DNA of 64,000 nucleotides from the human T2T-CHM13v2.0 reference genome, Homo sapiens: NCBI RefSeq assembly GCF_009914755.1, contig NC_060948.1; one strand, 5' to 3'. Below the pieces are notes generated by a model. It saw only the letters and a list, made by a program, of their open reading frames with translations, searched no databases and had not been told where the DNA came from. Every line of letters begins with the position of its first letter. The first letter of the stretch is position 1. The position numbers and the translations under genes were made by a program. Of this stretch, positions 1 to 13,549 are shown piece after piece.

Positions 1-494
1 TATAATTTATTCTGTTTTAAGAATTTATAATATTATCTTTAAATTAAATCTAGCACTGCCTTTACAAATGTTATACACAACACTTAAACTTCCTAGATAG
101 TGGTTCTGGCATATAACCACCTAGACAAATGTTTGGGTCCTTATTTTCTGTAAGTTACTCAGAATATAGATGCATATTTTATCCCCCTAGAATTAATTTA
201 TCCAAATTAATCCTTTCCAAATGTATGACTCTTCTTATTTTTGGCTTCCGTAATTTCAATTAATTATTTCCAGAGTTACCTTCAAATACTAGCTGAAACT
301 ATAGCAAGTGCATATGTTCTCTGATTTGTCTTTCTGTGTTGGCTGCAATTAACCTGGTTAATGTCAAATACTAAAACTGTTTATAATCAATTTCAAGAAC
401 AAAACACAATATTTAGCATCAATTTTAAGAGCAAAATTAATAATATTAGTAAAAATACTATCACGAAAGTTTGCATATATTGCATTAATGCACA

Positions 495-630
495 AATGTG
501 AGTGCTCACCAGGTGCCAGACATTATGCTGTATATGCTGATGCTCATCTAATTTAAATTACAGTTATAATTATCCTGTTGTATCGATGTTGTTTTTTCTC
601 ACTTTAAAGTTGAGGAAGTGAGGTCTTATT
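495..630 (-). mobile_element. MIR SINE fragment, highly diverged
   Basis: 'agtgctcaccaggtgccagacatt...ctcatctaattt...ctcactttaaagttgaggaagtgagg' resembles the MIR core in reverse. Confidence 0.45.
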
Positions 631-639
631 TTAAGCCTT

Positions 640-1158
640 ACTTAGAACGGATTGACTTAGGAATTTTTGAGTTTACAATGGTGGGAAAGCAATACACATT
701 CAATAGAAACTATACTTTGAATTTTGATCTTTTCCCAGTCTAGCAATATGCAGCATCATACTCTATTGTGATACTGGGCAGGGGCTGAGAGCCACAGTTC
801 CCAGATAGCCATGTGATCATCAGGTTAAATAACCGCTACAGTATACTCTGTTGCCAGTGGTTTTGGGATATTGTGTTTTGTGTTTTTGCATCCCATCATG
901 TGTACAAAATGTCCATCTGTGTCTCATGCTTTTCCTGGTGAGAAGAAGAAGAAGGCAATTACTCTTGAGGTGAAACAATGTAATTGCTCAGCACAAAGTG
1001 GGCAAGCCAGTAATGGCCATTGCACATGAGTTAGGACTTCCACAATCCACAATCCTGATTATCTTATCTTGTAAGTCAATGCCTTTTGACTTAAAATATT
1101 TTAATTTAGGATGGGTTTATTGGAATGTAATCCCATCATAATTCGAAAAACCTCTGTA
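640..1158 (+). mobile_element. Tigger5/MER47-type DNA transposon deletion derivative with remnant of transposase N-terminus
   Basis: Ends resemble MER47 termini ('gacttaggaatttttgagtttacaatggt...' and '...atgggtttattggaatgtaatcccatcataattcgaaaaacctctg'); ~943-1055 translates with frameshifts to KKKKAITLEVK...GKPVMAIAHELGLPQSTI, a pogo/CENP-B-like HTH. Confidence 0.7.
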
Positions 1159-1752
1159 GTTGAAAACATTACAATTTAATCTTAGATATGTCTAATTTAG
1201 AGCTAGATCGCTTTACCACAAGAATGTGTTCACATTAATGGAAATATTTTCCTTTGATTTTTAATTTTGTTAAAAATAAATAAATCAAAAGTTATTTCTG
1301 TACATATCAAGAACTTTCCATGTCTATGTGCCTTGATTAGTTTGACCACTTGCTCAAGAAAATAGCATATATGTCAGTTAAATAATACCTCCCACAAAAT
1401 TTCATTTCTTTAAAAAATATATAGAATCTCTTTGGATTGGTTGAGATTGCAAAAACATTTTGAGAAAGTTCCATATTTTCTAAGTCATTTATAATAGTGT
1501 CCTGCAATTTTGTTTTCTGCCACAAATTGATCAGGGCCACACTGTACAAACTCAAGTAACAGTTACCACTCAAAAAAATAAATCCACATTGGCAGGTGAT
1601 TTTGTTTTGTCTTTTTAACAATTGTAATAGAAATTTTATCAATAGGTTTTAAAAATTACCTCCCTTAAATGCTAAATGTTCAAAAATATCAGTGTTCCAC
1701 ATGCTGATTTATGCTAGCAAAAATATTGCTGTCCATCTTGATTAACTAGTTT

Positions 1753-2049
1753 AGAACTGCATTTTGGAAAACATTAGTCACTAGCTACATGTGGCTATTG
1801 AGAACTTGCAAGGTTGGTAATCCAAATAAGGATGTGCTGTAATTGTAAAATACCAGATTTTAACAATTTAGGATGTAAAAACTTAAAATTTCTTACTAAT
1901 ATTTTCATAATTATTACTTACTAAATGATAATATCATAAACATATTGGGTTAACAAAAACATATTAATACAATTTTTACTTTTCTCCTTTACATAGTTAA
2001 ATGTAACTACTAGAAAATCTAAAACTGTCATATTTCCATTGGACAGCAT
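1753..2049 (+). mobile_element. MER33-like hAT-Charlie MITE
   Basis: 'cactagctacatgtggctattgag...gatgtgctgtaattgtaaaatac...ttggacagca' matches recalled MER33/MER3 motifs. Confidence 0.7.
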
Positions 2050-3009
2050 TTGTTTGAGTGTTGAAATTATTGAATAATCTCATATTATGATTCTGAAATA
2101 TAGATGTACTTTTTCTTACCTTCTATTTCTTGAATCGTAGATGTAAAAAAATTTTTATGCTTAAAATTTGAATATGTGGTTTTTAGTTATTGATTAATCT
2201 ATATGGGTCAAGAAAAGCTGAAGGCATTTTGGTTTAAAATATAAACTTTTGACAATTTGGTGATTGCTTGTAATTGGTCTACCTCAATGTGTTTGTATGC
2301 ATATGTACACAATGCACAGCTTAACTGTTCAATTTAGTCAGTTTTTAATATAATACTTAGTTTCATTAAGAAGGAAGTATTTCAAGTTGCTCATTGCTGT
2401 TCAGAAATGTTAGTCTATCACTAATATAAATATTTTACACATATGGACTACAACACTTTAGATAAACATTCATTACAAATTAATTGAAATGATTTTGGGT
2501 GTTTTACTATTAGTCATTGATAGAATAAAATAAACAATGTATTTCTCAAAAACAATCTGAGTACTATCTGGAAGTAGTGACAGTCATACATTTAGTGGTT
2601 TCAATTTCCTTTCAAAATTATTCAGAAAAAATCACTTATACAATTGCCTAAAAAAAACTAAAATTAAAAAAGGAAAAGAAAATATTGGGAAGATCTGTCT
2701 ATATTAATTCTGTGACTCTCAAATTTTATGAAGCCATAGAATAGATTCATTTGAAAAGCATATTTTTGAGCTGCTTTTAGACTTTAAGTAAGAATATCTC
2801 AATATTAATATATGGGATGCATTGAAAATTTCAGAAAAATTACAATGAATAAGTGAGATGGAAGTCAATGATGGCTTTAAATACATAAGAAATACAATTG
2901 CAACAGATTACTTTAGAAAATATTTTATTTCAGCCTAAACACTTATATGAAAACCCTACAAAACAGACCAAAAAGGGGAAGCTACCTATATTACTGAGAC
3001 AAATATCAT

Positions 3010-4530
3010 GTATGTTTTTATATGTGCTCTGAAGAGGATCCTTATTGCCTGTCACTGCTTGACTGAGGCTGCTGAAAATCAAATACAAAACCTCATCCTT
3101 TGAGTGTGTGAATTACAATACAGGTTGAACTCAAAGCCTCACAGCATGTCTACTGTTAAAGTAAAGTGAGGGCTTAGATTAGGAAAGAATGGGACATTGA
3201 ATGTTAGAATGGTGGAGTGTGAAAAGACCCTGATAAAGCTGGGGAGATGAGGCCCTCAATTTTGATGAGTCTTCTTTGCCAGTGGAAGAGACTTTCTGAC
3301 ACCATTGGAAGCAGCCACCTCAGCCTCAGTAGTAGTGGCTTCCTCACCCCAAGTGGTAGTGGCCTTTACACCCCTTTCTAAGGGATTTAATCCTGCATTG
3401 CCTGAGGAAATTATAATGGACTCTCTGTAATCAGTGCCGTGTAACACAATGTTGATTCTTCTCAGAACTCATTCCACCACCCTTACCTGCTTCTAGATTT
3501 ATAACCAGACTCCAGTCCCGGCAGGCCCCAAAAAGTGAGACACAAAGTGTGACCTTGGAGGAAGTACACTACATTTCAGAAAACTTACTTGAATTTTCCA
3601 ATTTATATAGACATAAATACAAGGAATATGTGTGGAAATGGATATTAAAGGTGTGGGATAATGGAGGAAGAAATATAAAGTTTGAACAGACTAAATTTAT
3701 TGATATGGGCTCATTAAGTAGAGATTCCACATTTAATGCTGTGAATCAGAGAGTTATAAAGTACTTTCACAGTTTATTTGGTTGGTTGACTGAAGCATGA
3801 ACCAAAAGATAGCCTACAGTGAGTGAACTGGAAATTCCCAACCTGCCTAAGTTAAATATAGATAAAGTGGTTGAAAAGCTTAGGCATATTGCAGAGTAGG
3901 CCTTTATTCATAAAATTAAGACTTAGTTAACATGACCGAGAGTTTCCAGTAGACACATCTCTCACCACTACTGTAAGAAATAGATTTGTGAGAGTAGGCT
4001 TGGAATTTTTGAGCAGCTCTGTGTTCACTTTTCTCTGTAGGCCAGACCTTATCGTGGGGACTGCAGTCCCCGAATTGGGAAAACTAAATGCAATGGCAGT
4101 AATTAGATCTCTGGGTGGCAGGGATCACATGACAGCACTCAGCTACTAAAGGCAGTGGGGTTATGTTTCTCATAATGGATAGCAGAGTCAAAGCAGTAAT
4201 CAAAAGAATCTGACTCATAGACCTATGGTGTTGGCTAGTTGATCATGGTGTTGCCAGAAGTGAAATAGACAGGAAGTCTGCTACATTCTTATTTAATCTG
4301 CATAAGCAGAAAATACTACTCAAGTGAGAAAAAGTCTAACTTGAATTAAGAAAAAAACAGAGTCAACCCCTTTAATTAATCCCCAGACTTGATCCAATTC
4401 ACAGACTCAGAACCCTTGAATAAAAGGGAGACTGTGACTTCTCCAGGAAGGACTCGCGTACACTGTCAAAAATTTATACTGTTTATCTCCCCACCGGCAT
4501 TTTTGAAAGGATCCTAAAGACTTACCAGAA
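3010..4530 (+). mobile_element. ERVL (HERV-L-like) internal region, degraded gag
   Basis: Translates to ERV-L Gag motifs (AENQ.Q.LIL; LLEFSNLYR..WILKVWDNGGRNIK..FIDMG.LSRDS); homologous to the minus-strand copy at ~35500-36950. Confidence 0.85.
3549..3800 (+). pseudogene. gag: ERV-L gag fragment (Fv1-related Gag family)
   Basis: ORF track: LLEFSNLYRHKYKEYVWKWILKVWDNGGRNIKFEQTKFIDMGSLSRDSTFN; bounded by stops. Confidence 0.8.
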
Positions 4531-5146
4531 TGCTATGGTTTGAATGTGTCCCCTCTAAAAATCAGGTTTGGGCAATTATTAAGTAGTGAGACCTTTAAGA
4601 GATCACTAGGCCACGAAGGCTGCTCTTTTTCTCATTAACGACATTAAGGTCCTTGTAAAAGAGGCTTCACAAAGCATTCGGCTAGTGTGCTCTTCTGCCT
4701 TTTACTATGTGAAGTCACAGCAAGAAGCCCCTCAACAGACCAAATGCTGGTGCCTTGATTTTGAACTTCCCAGCATTCAGAACCATGAGAAAAAGTTTCT
4801 GATCTTCATGAATTACCTAGTCTCAGGTATAATATTGTAACAGCACAAAATTTACTGAGAAAGAAATTGGTACTATAGGAGTAGGACATTCCTAAAACAA
4901 ATACCTCATTTATGCTGATGTGATTATTATGCATTGTATGCCTGTATCAAACTATCTTATGCACCCCATAAATATATACATAAATATATATACCTACTAT
5001 GTACCTACAATTTTTTTAAAAAAAAAACATGTGGAAGCAGGTTGGGAATAAAGTAACGGACAGAGTCTGTAACAGTATTGAAGTGAAGACTTAGAAAAGT
5101 TTGTATTGCTATAAATGAAGTACTAAGGGTGATTCTGTTAAGGCCT
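4531..5146 (+). mobile_element. MaLR (MST/MLT1A-type) LTR (4531-~4862) plus start of internal region, inserted in the ERVL
   Basis: Starts 'tgctatggtttgaatgtgtcccc'; 'aattggtact' follows the LTR; internal part aligns by eye with 29351-29520 in this window. Confidence 0.8.
4908..5027 (+). mobile_element. Short L1MA 3'-end fragment with A tail
   Basis: 'gatgtgattattatgcattgtatgcctgtatcaaa...cccataaatatatac...tactatgtacc', similar to 10028-10105. Confidence 0.75.
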
Positions 5147-5574
5147 TGTATTAGTCCATTCTCATACTGCTAATAAAGATGTACCGAAGACTGGGTAGTT
5201 TATCAAGAAAAGAGGTTTAATTGACTCATAGTTTCACATGGCTGGGGGGCCTCAGGAAACTTACAATCATGGCAGAAGGTACCTCTTTACAAGGTGGCAG
5301 GAGAGAGAATCAGTGCTGAGCTAAGGGGAAAGCTCCTTATAAAACCATCAGATATGATGAGAACTCACTATCACGAGAACAGCATGAGGGAAGCCGCCCC
5401 CATGATTCAATTATCTCCATCTGGTCCTGCTCTTGACATGTGGGGATTATAACAATTCACGGTGAAATTTGTGTGGGGACACAGAGCCAAATGATATAAT
5501 TCCATCCCTGGCCCCTCCCAAATCTTGTGTCTTCACTTTTCAAAACAAAATCATGCCCTTCCAACCGTCCCCCA
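5147..5574 (-). mobile_element. THE1 LTR (5147-~5498) plus short internal stub
   Basis: 'tgtattagtccattctcatactgctaataaag...ggggacacagagccaa'; parallels 16828-17270. Confidence 0.85.
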
Positions 5575-5581
5575 GTGGACT

Positions 5582-6026
5582 TGTGATGATCAATCTTATG
5601 TGTCAACTTGACCACAAGGTGGCAGATATTAGATTCAACATTATTCTGCATGTGTCAGTGAGGGTGTTTCTGGATGAGATCAGCATTAGAATGGTAGACT
5701 GAGTAAAACGGGTTGCCTTTCCCAGTGTAGGCAGGTTGCATCCAATCTGTTGAAGGCTTGAATGGATCAAAATGATTAAGAGAGAAATTAGTTTCTCTGC
5801 CTGTCTTTCATCTGAGATTTTCTTCTCCTGCCTTCATACTCAGACTTGAAGTGGAACTTATGTTACTTGTTTTCTTGGTTCTCAGGACTTCAGACTCAGA
5901 CTGAAGCTATACCATCAGCTTCCCTTGGTACGTAGCTTGCTGACTGCAGACCTTGGGATTTATCCAATTAGTAGCAACATGAGATAATTCCTAATAACAA
6001 ACTCTCTCTCTCTCTCTCTCTCTCTC
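5582..6026 (+). mobile_element. MLT2 LTR (3' LTR of the ERVL) ending in (CT)n
   Basis: 'gtggact|tgtgatgatcaatcttatgtgtcaacttgac' is the ERVL PPT/LTR junction; MLT2 body follows. Confidence 0.85.
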
Positions 6027-6029
6027 ATT

Positions 6030-9000
6030 CGGACTAAACTCTCCAATCAAAAGACCTAGACTGGCTGAATGGATGAAAAAACAAAACCCACTAATCTGTT
6101 GCATACAAGAAAAATACTTCACCTATAAAGACACACATAGACTGAAAGTAAAGGGATGGGAAAAACATTATATGCCAATGGAAAACTGAAAAAAGCAATA
6201 GTCGCTATACTTATATCAGACAAAATAGTTTTCAAGACAAAAACTATAAGAAGGGACAAAGCAGCTAACTGTACAATTTATACAGTTTATAGTATAGGGG
6301 TCAATTCAGCAAGAGAATATAACAATTTTAAATATATATGCACCCAACATTATAGCACCCAGCTATCAAAGGAAATATTATTAGAGCTAAAGAGAGAAAT
6401 AGGCCGGAATACAATAATAGTTGGAGACTTCAACAACCCACTTTTAGGATTGGACAGATCTGCCAGACAGAGAATACACAAAGAAACAAACATTAACAAA
6501 GACTTAATCTGCACTATAGACCAAATGGATTTAACAGATATTTACAGAGTATTTTATTGAAGAGCTTCAGAATACACATTCTTTTTCTCAGCACATGGAT
6601 CATTCTCAAGAATAGACCATATGTTAGGTCAAAAAACAAGTCTTAAAATGTTAAAAAATTGAAATAATATCAAATATCTTCCCTAACCACAATAGAAAAA
6701 AGCTAGAAATTAATAACAGGATGGACGTTTAAAACTATACAATTACCTGGAAATTAAACAATATTCTCCTGAATGACCAGTGGGACAATGAAGAAATTAA
6801 GAAGAAAATTTGAAATGTTTTAAAACAAATGATAATAAAAACACAACATACCAACTTTTATGGGACACAGCAAAAGCAGTACTCAGAGGGAAGTTTATAG
6901 CTATAAGTGCTTACATCAAAACAAAGAAAAAACTTCAAATAAACAATCTAACAATACATCTTAAAGAACTAGAAAAGCAAGAGCAAGTCATACTTAAAAT
7001 TAGTAAAAGAAAATAATAAAGATCAAAGCAAAAATAAATAAAATTATAATGAAGAAAACAATACAAAAGACTAATGAAAGAAAAAGTTGTTTTTTAAAAA
7101 AAGTTAAACAAAACTGACAAATCTTTAGCCAGGCTAAGAAAAAAGTGAGAAGATCCATATAACATCAGAAATGAAAACAGAGACATTGCAACTAATACAA
7201 CAGAAATTCAAAGGATCATAACTGGCTACTAAGAGCAACTATATGCCAATAAAGTGGATAATCTAGAAGAAAATACATAAATTCCTAGATACATACAACC
7301 TAAAAAAATTGAACTGGGAAAAAACCTAAAACCTGAACAGACCAATATCAAGTAATCAGATTAAAGTCATAATAAAAATTCTTCCGTAAATAAATACTCA
7401 GGACCTGATGGCTTTACTGCTGGATTATACCAAACACTTAAACAATACCAATCCTACTGAAACTCTTCTGAAAAATAGAAAAGGAGGGAATACTTTCAAA
7501 CCCATTCTACAAGGTCAGTATTACCCTGATACCAAAACTTGTCAAAGACACATCAAAAAGAGGAAACTACAGCCCAATATATATGATGAATATTAATGCA
7601 GACATTCTCAGCAAAATACTAGCAAACTGAATTCAACAATGCATTAGAAATATTATTTATCATGACCAAGTGAAATTTATCACTGGGATGCCAGGATGGT
7701 TCAGCATATGCAAATCAATCAATATGATACATCATATCAGCAGAATAAAGGATAAAATTCATATGATAATTTCAACTGATGTTGAAAAGGCATTTCACAG
7801 AATTCAACATATCTTCATGATAAAAACCTTCTTAAAACAGGATGGAAAGAACATACCTCAACACAATAAAATATATGACAGACCCACAGGTAGTATCATA
7901 CTGAATGGAGAAATACATAAAGCCCTTCCTTTAAGATGTGGGACACGACAAGGAAGCCCACTGTCACCACAGTTACTCAAGATAATATTGGAAGTTTTAG
8001 CTAGAGCAAGTAGACAAGAGAAAGATATAAAGGACACACAAATTAGAAATGAAGAAATTCAATTATCCTTGTTTTAAGATGATATAATCCTATACTTGAA
8101 AAAAAAAAACCTAAAGACTCCACAGGAAAACTATTAGAACTGATAAACAAATTTAGTAAAGTTCAAGGACACAAAATCAACATAAAAAATAAGTAGAATT
8201 TCTTTATTCCAATAATGAACAATGTAAAAAAGTAATCCCCATACACTATTTACAATAGCCACACATAAAATTAAATACCTAGAAATTAAACAAAGAAGTG
8301 AAAAATCTCTATAACAAAAACTATAAAATATTGATGAAAGAAATTAAAGAAGACACCAAACAATAGAAAAATATTACATGTTCATGGATTGAAATAATCC
8401 ATACTGTTAACATGTCCATACAACCCCCCAAAATCTACAGGTTCATTGCAATCTGTATGAAAATACCAATGACATTCTTCACAAAAAAAAATCTTAAAAT
8501 TTATATGGAACTACAGATGACCCAAAATATCCACAGCTATCCTAAGCAAAAAGAACAAAATCAGAGGAATCACATTACCTGACTTCAAATTATACTACAG
8601 AGCTATAGTAACCAAAACAGCCTGAAACTGGCATAAAAACAGACACAGAGTCTAATGGAACAGAATCGAGAACCAGAAACAAATACACACACCTACAGTA
8701 AACTCATTTTAGAAAAAATTTTCAAGAACATACACTGGGGAAAGGACAGTTTCCTCAATAAACGGTTTTGGGAAAAGTGGATAATCACATGCAGAAGAAT
8801 GAAACCAGACCCCCATTTATACAAAAATCAAATAAAAGTGGATGAAAGACTTAAATCAAAAACCTCAAACTATAAAACCTACTACAAGAAAACATTGGGA
8901 AAAATCTCCTGGACGTTTTTTCTGGGCAAATACTTATTGAGCAATACCTCACAAGCACAGGCAACCAAAGCAGAAACAGCAAATGAGATCACATCAACTT

Positions 9001-10120
9001 AAGCTTCTGCACAGCAAAGGTTCCAATAAACAAGTGAAGAGACAACTCACAGAATGGGAGAAAATATTTGCAAACTACCCATCTGTCATGAGATTAAAAA
9101 CTGAAATATATAGGAAGCTGAAACAACTCTATAAGAAAAAGTCTAATAATCTGATCAAAAATTGGCAAAAGATTTGAAGATACATTTCTCAAAAGAAAAC
9201 ATAACATTTGCAAAACAGGCATATAAAAAGGTACTCAGCATCATTGATCATTCTAGAAATACAAGTCAAAACTACTATGGGATATTATCTCACTCCAATT
9301 AAAATGGCTTATATTTAAAAGACAGGCAATAACAAATGTTGGCGAGGATGTGGAGAAGAAACCCTCCCACGCTGTTGGTTGGAGTTTAATCTAGTACAAC
9401 CACTGTGGAGAACAGTTTGGAGGTCCCTCAAAAAAACTAAAAATTCAGCAACTCCTCTGCTGGGTATATACACAAAAGAAAGAAAATCAGTATATCAAAG
9501 AGATATCTGTATTTCTGTGTTTGTTGCAGCACTGTTTACATTAGCTAAGTTTTGGAAGCAACCTAATTGTCCACCAACAGAAGAATGGATAAAGAAAATG
9601 TTGTACTTAGGCACTATGGAGTACTCTTCAGCCATAAAAGGAATGAGATCCAGGCATTTGCAACAACATGGATGGAACTGGAGATCATTGTGCTATGTAA
9701 AATAAGCCAGACACAGAAAGACATCACATGTTCTCACTTATTTGAGGATCTAAAAATCAAAACATTTGAATTCATGGAGATAGAGAGTAGAAGTATGGTT
9801 ACAAGAGGCTGAGAAGGGTAGTGGGGGTTGTTGGGGGAGGTGGGGATGGTTAACGGGTACAAAAAAAAGTTACAAAGAATGAATAAGCCCTATTATTTGA
9901 TAGCACAATAGGGTGACCATAGTCAATAATAACTTAATTGTATGTTTTAAAATAACTTAATTAGTGTAATTTGATTGTTTTTAACTCGAATGACAAATGC
10001 TTGAGGAGATGGATACTCCATTCTCCATGATGTGATTATTTGACATTGCATGCCCGTATCAAAACATTGCATTTACACCATAAATATATACAGATACTAT
10101 GTAGCAAAAAAAAAAAAGAA
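6030..10120 (+). mobile_element. 5'-truncated old L1 (L1MA1-3-like), degraded ORF2 and 3' UTR
   Basis: Multiple ORF2 fragments ([18 protein letters not shown]) with stops and frameshifts; L1MA-type 3' UTR; A tail at ~10106-10120. Confidence 0.92.
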
Positions 10121-10352
10121 AATATTAAACTCTAATTACTAGATTTATTTTCTAAAACTTGTGTTAGCATTTCTGAAAATAACTTTCTTTTTGTAAATTA
10201 TAGGACTAACTAAATAAGTAAATATATTTGGTTAATTGTAGCCAGGTTTTACATTGTTGTACAAGGGGCTTCTCTATCAACACATAAAGAAACAAATTGT
10301 AGAATTGGTTCTGCTGAGTGGAATTGGAGTTACCTACTATTGGTTCCTCCTG

Positions 10353-10356
<4 letters not shown>

Positions 10357-10444
<88 letters not shown>
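10357..10444. repeat. Compound (TA)n(CA)n microsatellite
   Basis: Directly visible uninterrupted TA run then CA run. Confidence 0.98.
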
Positions 10445-10448
<4 letters not shown>

Positions 10449-10524
10449 TAATATAAATAGTGCATGTTTGCATAAATAAATGCATACATACAGGTATGTA
10501 TATTTGGATATAGTGTGACTCAAC

Positions 10525-10860
10525 TGTGTTTTTTGCTTGGGATCTCACAAGGCTGCAGCTCTTTTCTTGAGACTCAGGGAGCAAAAAAAAAAAAGAAAAG
10601 AAACACTTCCAGCTTCATTCAAATTTGTAATAGAAATTTGCTTCTTGTGACTGTAGGAGTAAAGCCATTCTCCTCTCCTCTCCTCTCCTCTCCTTTCCTT
10701 CTTTCTTTTCTATTATTTTCTTCCTGGCAAATGACTCCCTTTATTTTCAAGGTAACAATGGATGCCAAAAACTTCTCATGATTTGAATCATTCTGATTTC
10801 CTCTTCTACATCTCTGTAATTAGAGTGGGAAAAATTTTCTCCTTTTAAGGACTCATCTTA
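10525..10860 (-). mobile_element. Old MLT1-type LTR fragment
   Basis: 'gggatctcacaaggctgcag...cttccagcttcattca...tcttgtgactgtagga...cttttaaggactcat' resembles MLT1. Confidence 0.55.
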
Positions 10861-10865
10861 AGATA

Positions 10866-10937
10866 GATGCAGTGAACCAAGGTCGTGCCATTGCACTCCA
10901 GTCTGGACAACAGAGCGAGACTCCATTTAAAAAAAAT
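10866..10937 (+). mobile_element. Alu 3'-end fragment
   Basis: 'gcagtgaaccaaggtcgtgccattgcactccagtctggacaacagagcgagactccat' plus A run. Confidence 0.9.
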
Positions 10938-12050
10938 GACTTTACCTATTGTTAACCATTTATCAATAGTAATTAGCACAATAATCCTACTTCTAAGAAT
11001 TAACCTTTAGAAATAAACGGAGCTAGAGATAAAAGCTTTATTTTTAGAATTTTTTTGTCAGTGTTAATTTTAAAAGAAAAATTAGAAGCAACCTAAAACT
11101 ACAAAATTCAAAAATAGGTAAAAAGTGAAACAAACTGTAGTATCCATTTTAAAAAAAAGAAAGTTGGTCATAATATATCAGTCAATAGAAAATGAGAAAT
11201 TTTTATGTTGGGTTTTTTTTTGTTAATTTATCTAAGAGTTGAGTTGGGTGTAATGTTGGCTGTACCTGTAGATGCCAGATGTTCCAATTTTCTCTAGTGA
11301 GTTTTTTTTATTCCTATTGTCTTTACATTTACCTAGAAACTACTTATTAAATATAGTCTGCACAGTACTGCTTTCTCAGCTAAAATCTCCTGTTGATATA
11401 CTAAGGATTTATTGATGTACCAGTAAAGGGAAGTAATGCATTTTATAATGTTATGATTAATTCTCCAGCTTGTAGTGGTTGTTTCCCCTTGATATGTTCT
11501 TTACACGTTTTTTTCTTAGCTATTCCCACACTTAGATGAGACAGGAAGGCTAAAAAGACTGGAGTTGAGTAAGTGTCCTTAACCCGTGTGTTTGTTATAA
11601 GGCTTTGGTAAACTCCTTTCCCCTGGAGTATAGGGATTTGATATGGAAATACAGATAGCTTTTACTTCTACCTTTCAAAATTGGACGTATTTTATACATT
11701 TGTCTTCCTATTATACTAGTTATTTCCACCAGTGCAACGTTGAATAAAAGAGGTAAGGTAAAATATCTTTACCTTGTTCCTGGTCCTAGAAGAGGGAGGA
11801 AGCATTCAATTTTTACTATTAATTATGATGTCAGCTATACCTTTTTGAATGCATCTATTTTAAGATTAAGAAACTTTTCATCTCCTTTCAGGTTTTGAGG
11901 TGCTTTAACAAGAATAGATGCTGGATTATTCTTCAATTTGTGTGTGTGTGTATATTCAATGTATTATGTGATGTTTCTGTTTGGTTTATTTATATGGTAA
12001 AAAATTTTGAAAGATTTTTGAATGTTAAGCAAATCTTGTATTTTTTGTGA

Positions 12051-12424
<374 letters not shown>

Positions 12425-12621
12425 TTATTATTTAACATTGTGTTACAGTCAATTTTCTAAAATTTATTTTAGAATCATTTAATATATTTATGAGAAATAT
12501 TGGTCTGTAGTTTTCTGTGTTAGATCTCTATCTGTCTATCTATCTATCTATCATCTATCTGGTTTTGGTGTTGTCATAATGCTGGTTAATAGAATGAGTG
12601 GGGAAGTGTCCCCTTCTTTTC

Positions 12622-13132
12622 AATTTTTTTTTTAAATTTTACTTTTATTTTAACTTCAGGGGTACAAGTGCAGGAGTGTTACATAGGTAAACCTGTGTCA
12701 TGGGGGGTTGTTATGCAGATTGTTTTATCACCCAGGCAATAAGCATACTACCCAATGGGTAGTTTTTTGATCCTCAACTTCCTCCTACTCTTCACCCTCA
12801 AGTAGACCCCGATGTCCAAAAAATCTAAAAGGAGATAAAAAGTTACCTTCCTTGTGTCCATACATACTCGTTGATTAGATTCCACTTACAAGTGAGAACA
12901 TGCAGTATTCGATTTTCTGTTCCTGTGTTAGTTTGTTAAGAATAATGGTGTCCAGCTCCATCCATGTTCCTGCAAAAGAAATGATCTTACTCTTGCTAAT
13001 GGTTGCATAGTATTCATTGGTGTATATGTATCACATTTTCTTTATCCATTCGATCACTGATGAACATTTAGGTTGATTCCATGTCTTTGCTATTGTGAAT
13101 AGTGCTGTGATAAACACATGTGAACATGTGTT
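12622..13132 (-). mobile_element. L1PA13-16/L1PB-like 3' end
   Basis: poly-T then 'ggggtacaagtgcagg...tacataggtaaac...cacttacaagtgagaacatgcag'. Confidence 0.85.
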
Positions 13133-13549
13133 CGGTATAATTTATTATTAAATTTTGGTAGAATTCCTCATTTAAAGCACTTAGGGCTGAAAATTTGTTT
13201 TAGGGAGATCCTTATTCTATCACATTTACTTAATGTACATACATCTATTCATTTTATTCATTTTTTTGTATGAGCTCAAACAATTTGTGTCTTTCAAGGA
13301 AGTTGGCTCTTTAATGTTATTTGCTAAATTTTAGGTATAAACTTTCTATTATCTTTTTCATTTTATCTGTAGAATATATAAAGAAATTACTGTCATTTAT
13401 CATTATTCAAATTGGTAATTTGTGTCTTTGTTTTTCTTTGTTTTCCTCCCTGCTATTTTACTGATATCCTCTCTGATGTGTATTATTTCCTATGTTCTGT
13501 TTACTTTTTAACTTGCTTTTCCTTTTCCATTTTCTTTTTTATTTTATGA

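Noticed and set aside
3549-3800. Domesticated Fv1-like restriction gene
   Set aside because: Only 83 codons with a non-ATG start, surrounded by stops and frameshifts; ordinary decayed ERV-L gag
10254-10584. ORFs with YI/HT/CV repeats
   Set aside because: Translation of the (TA)n(CA)n microsatellite
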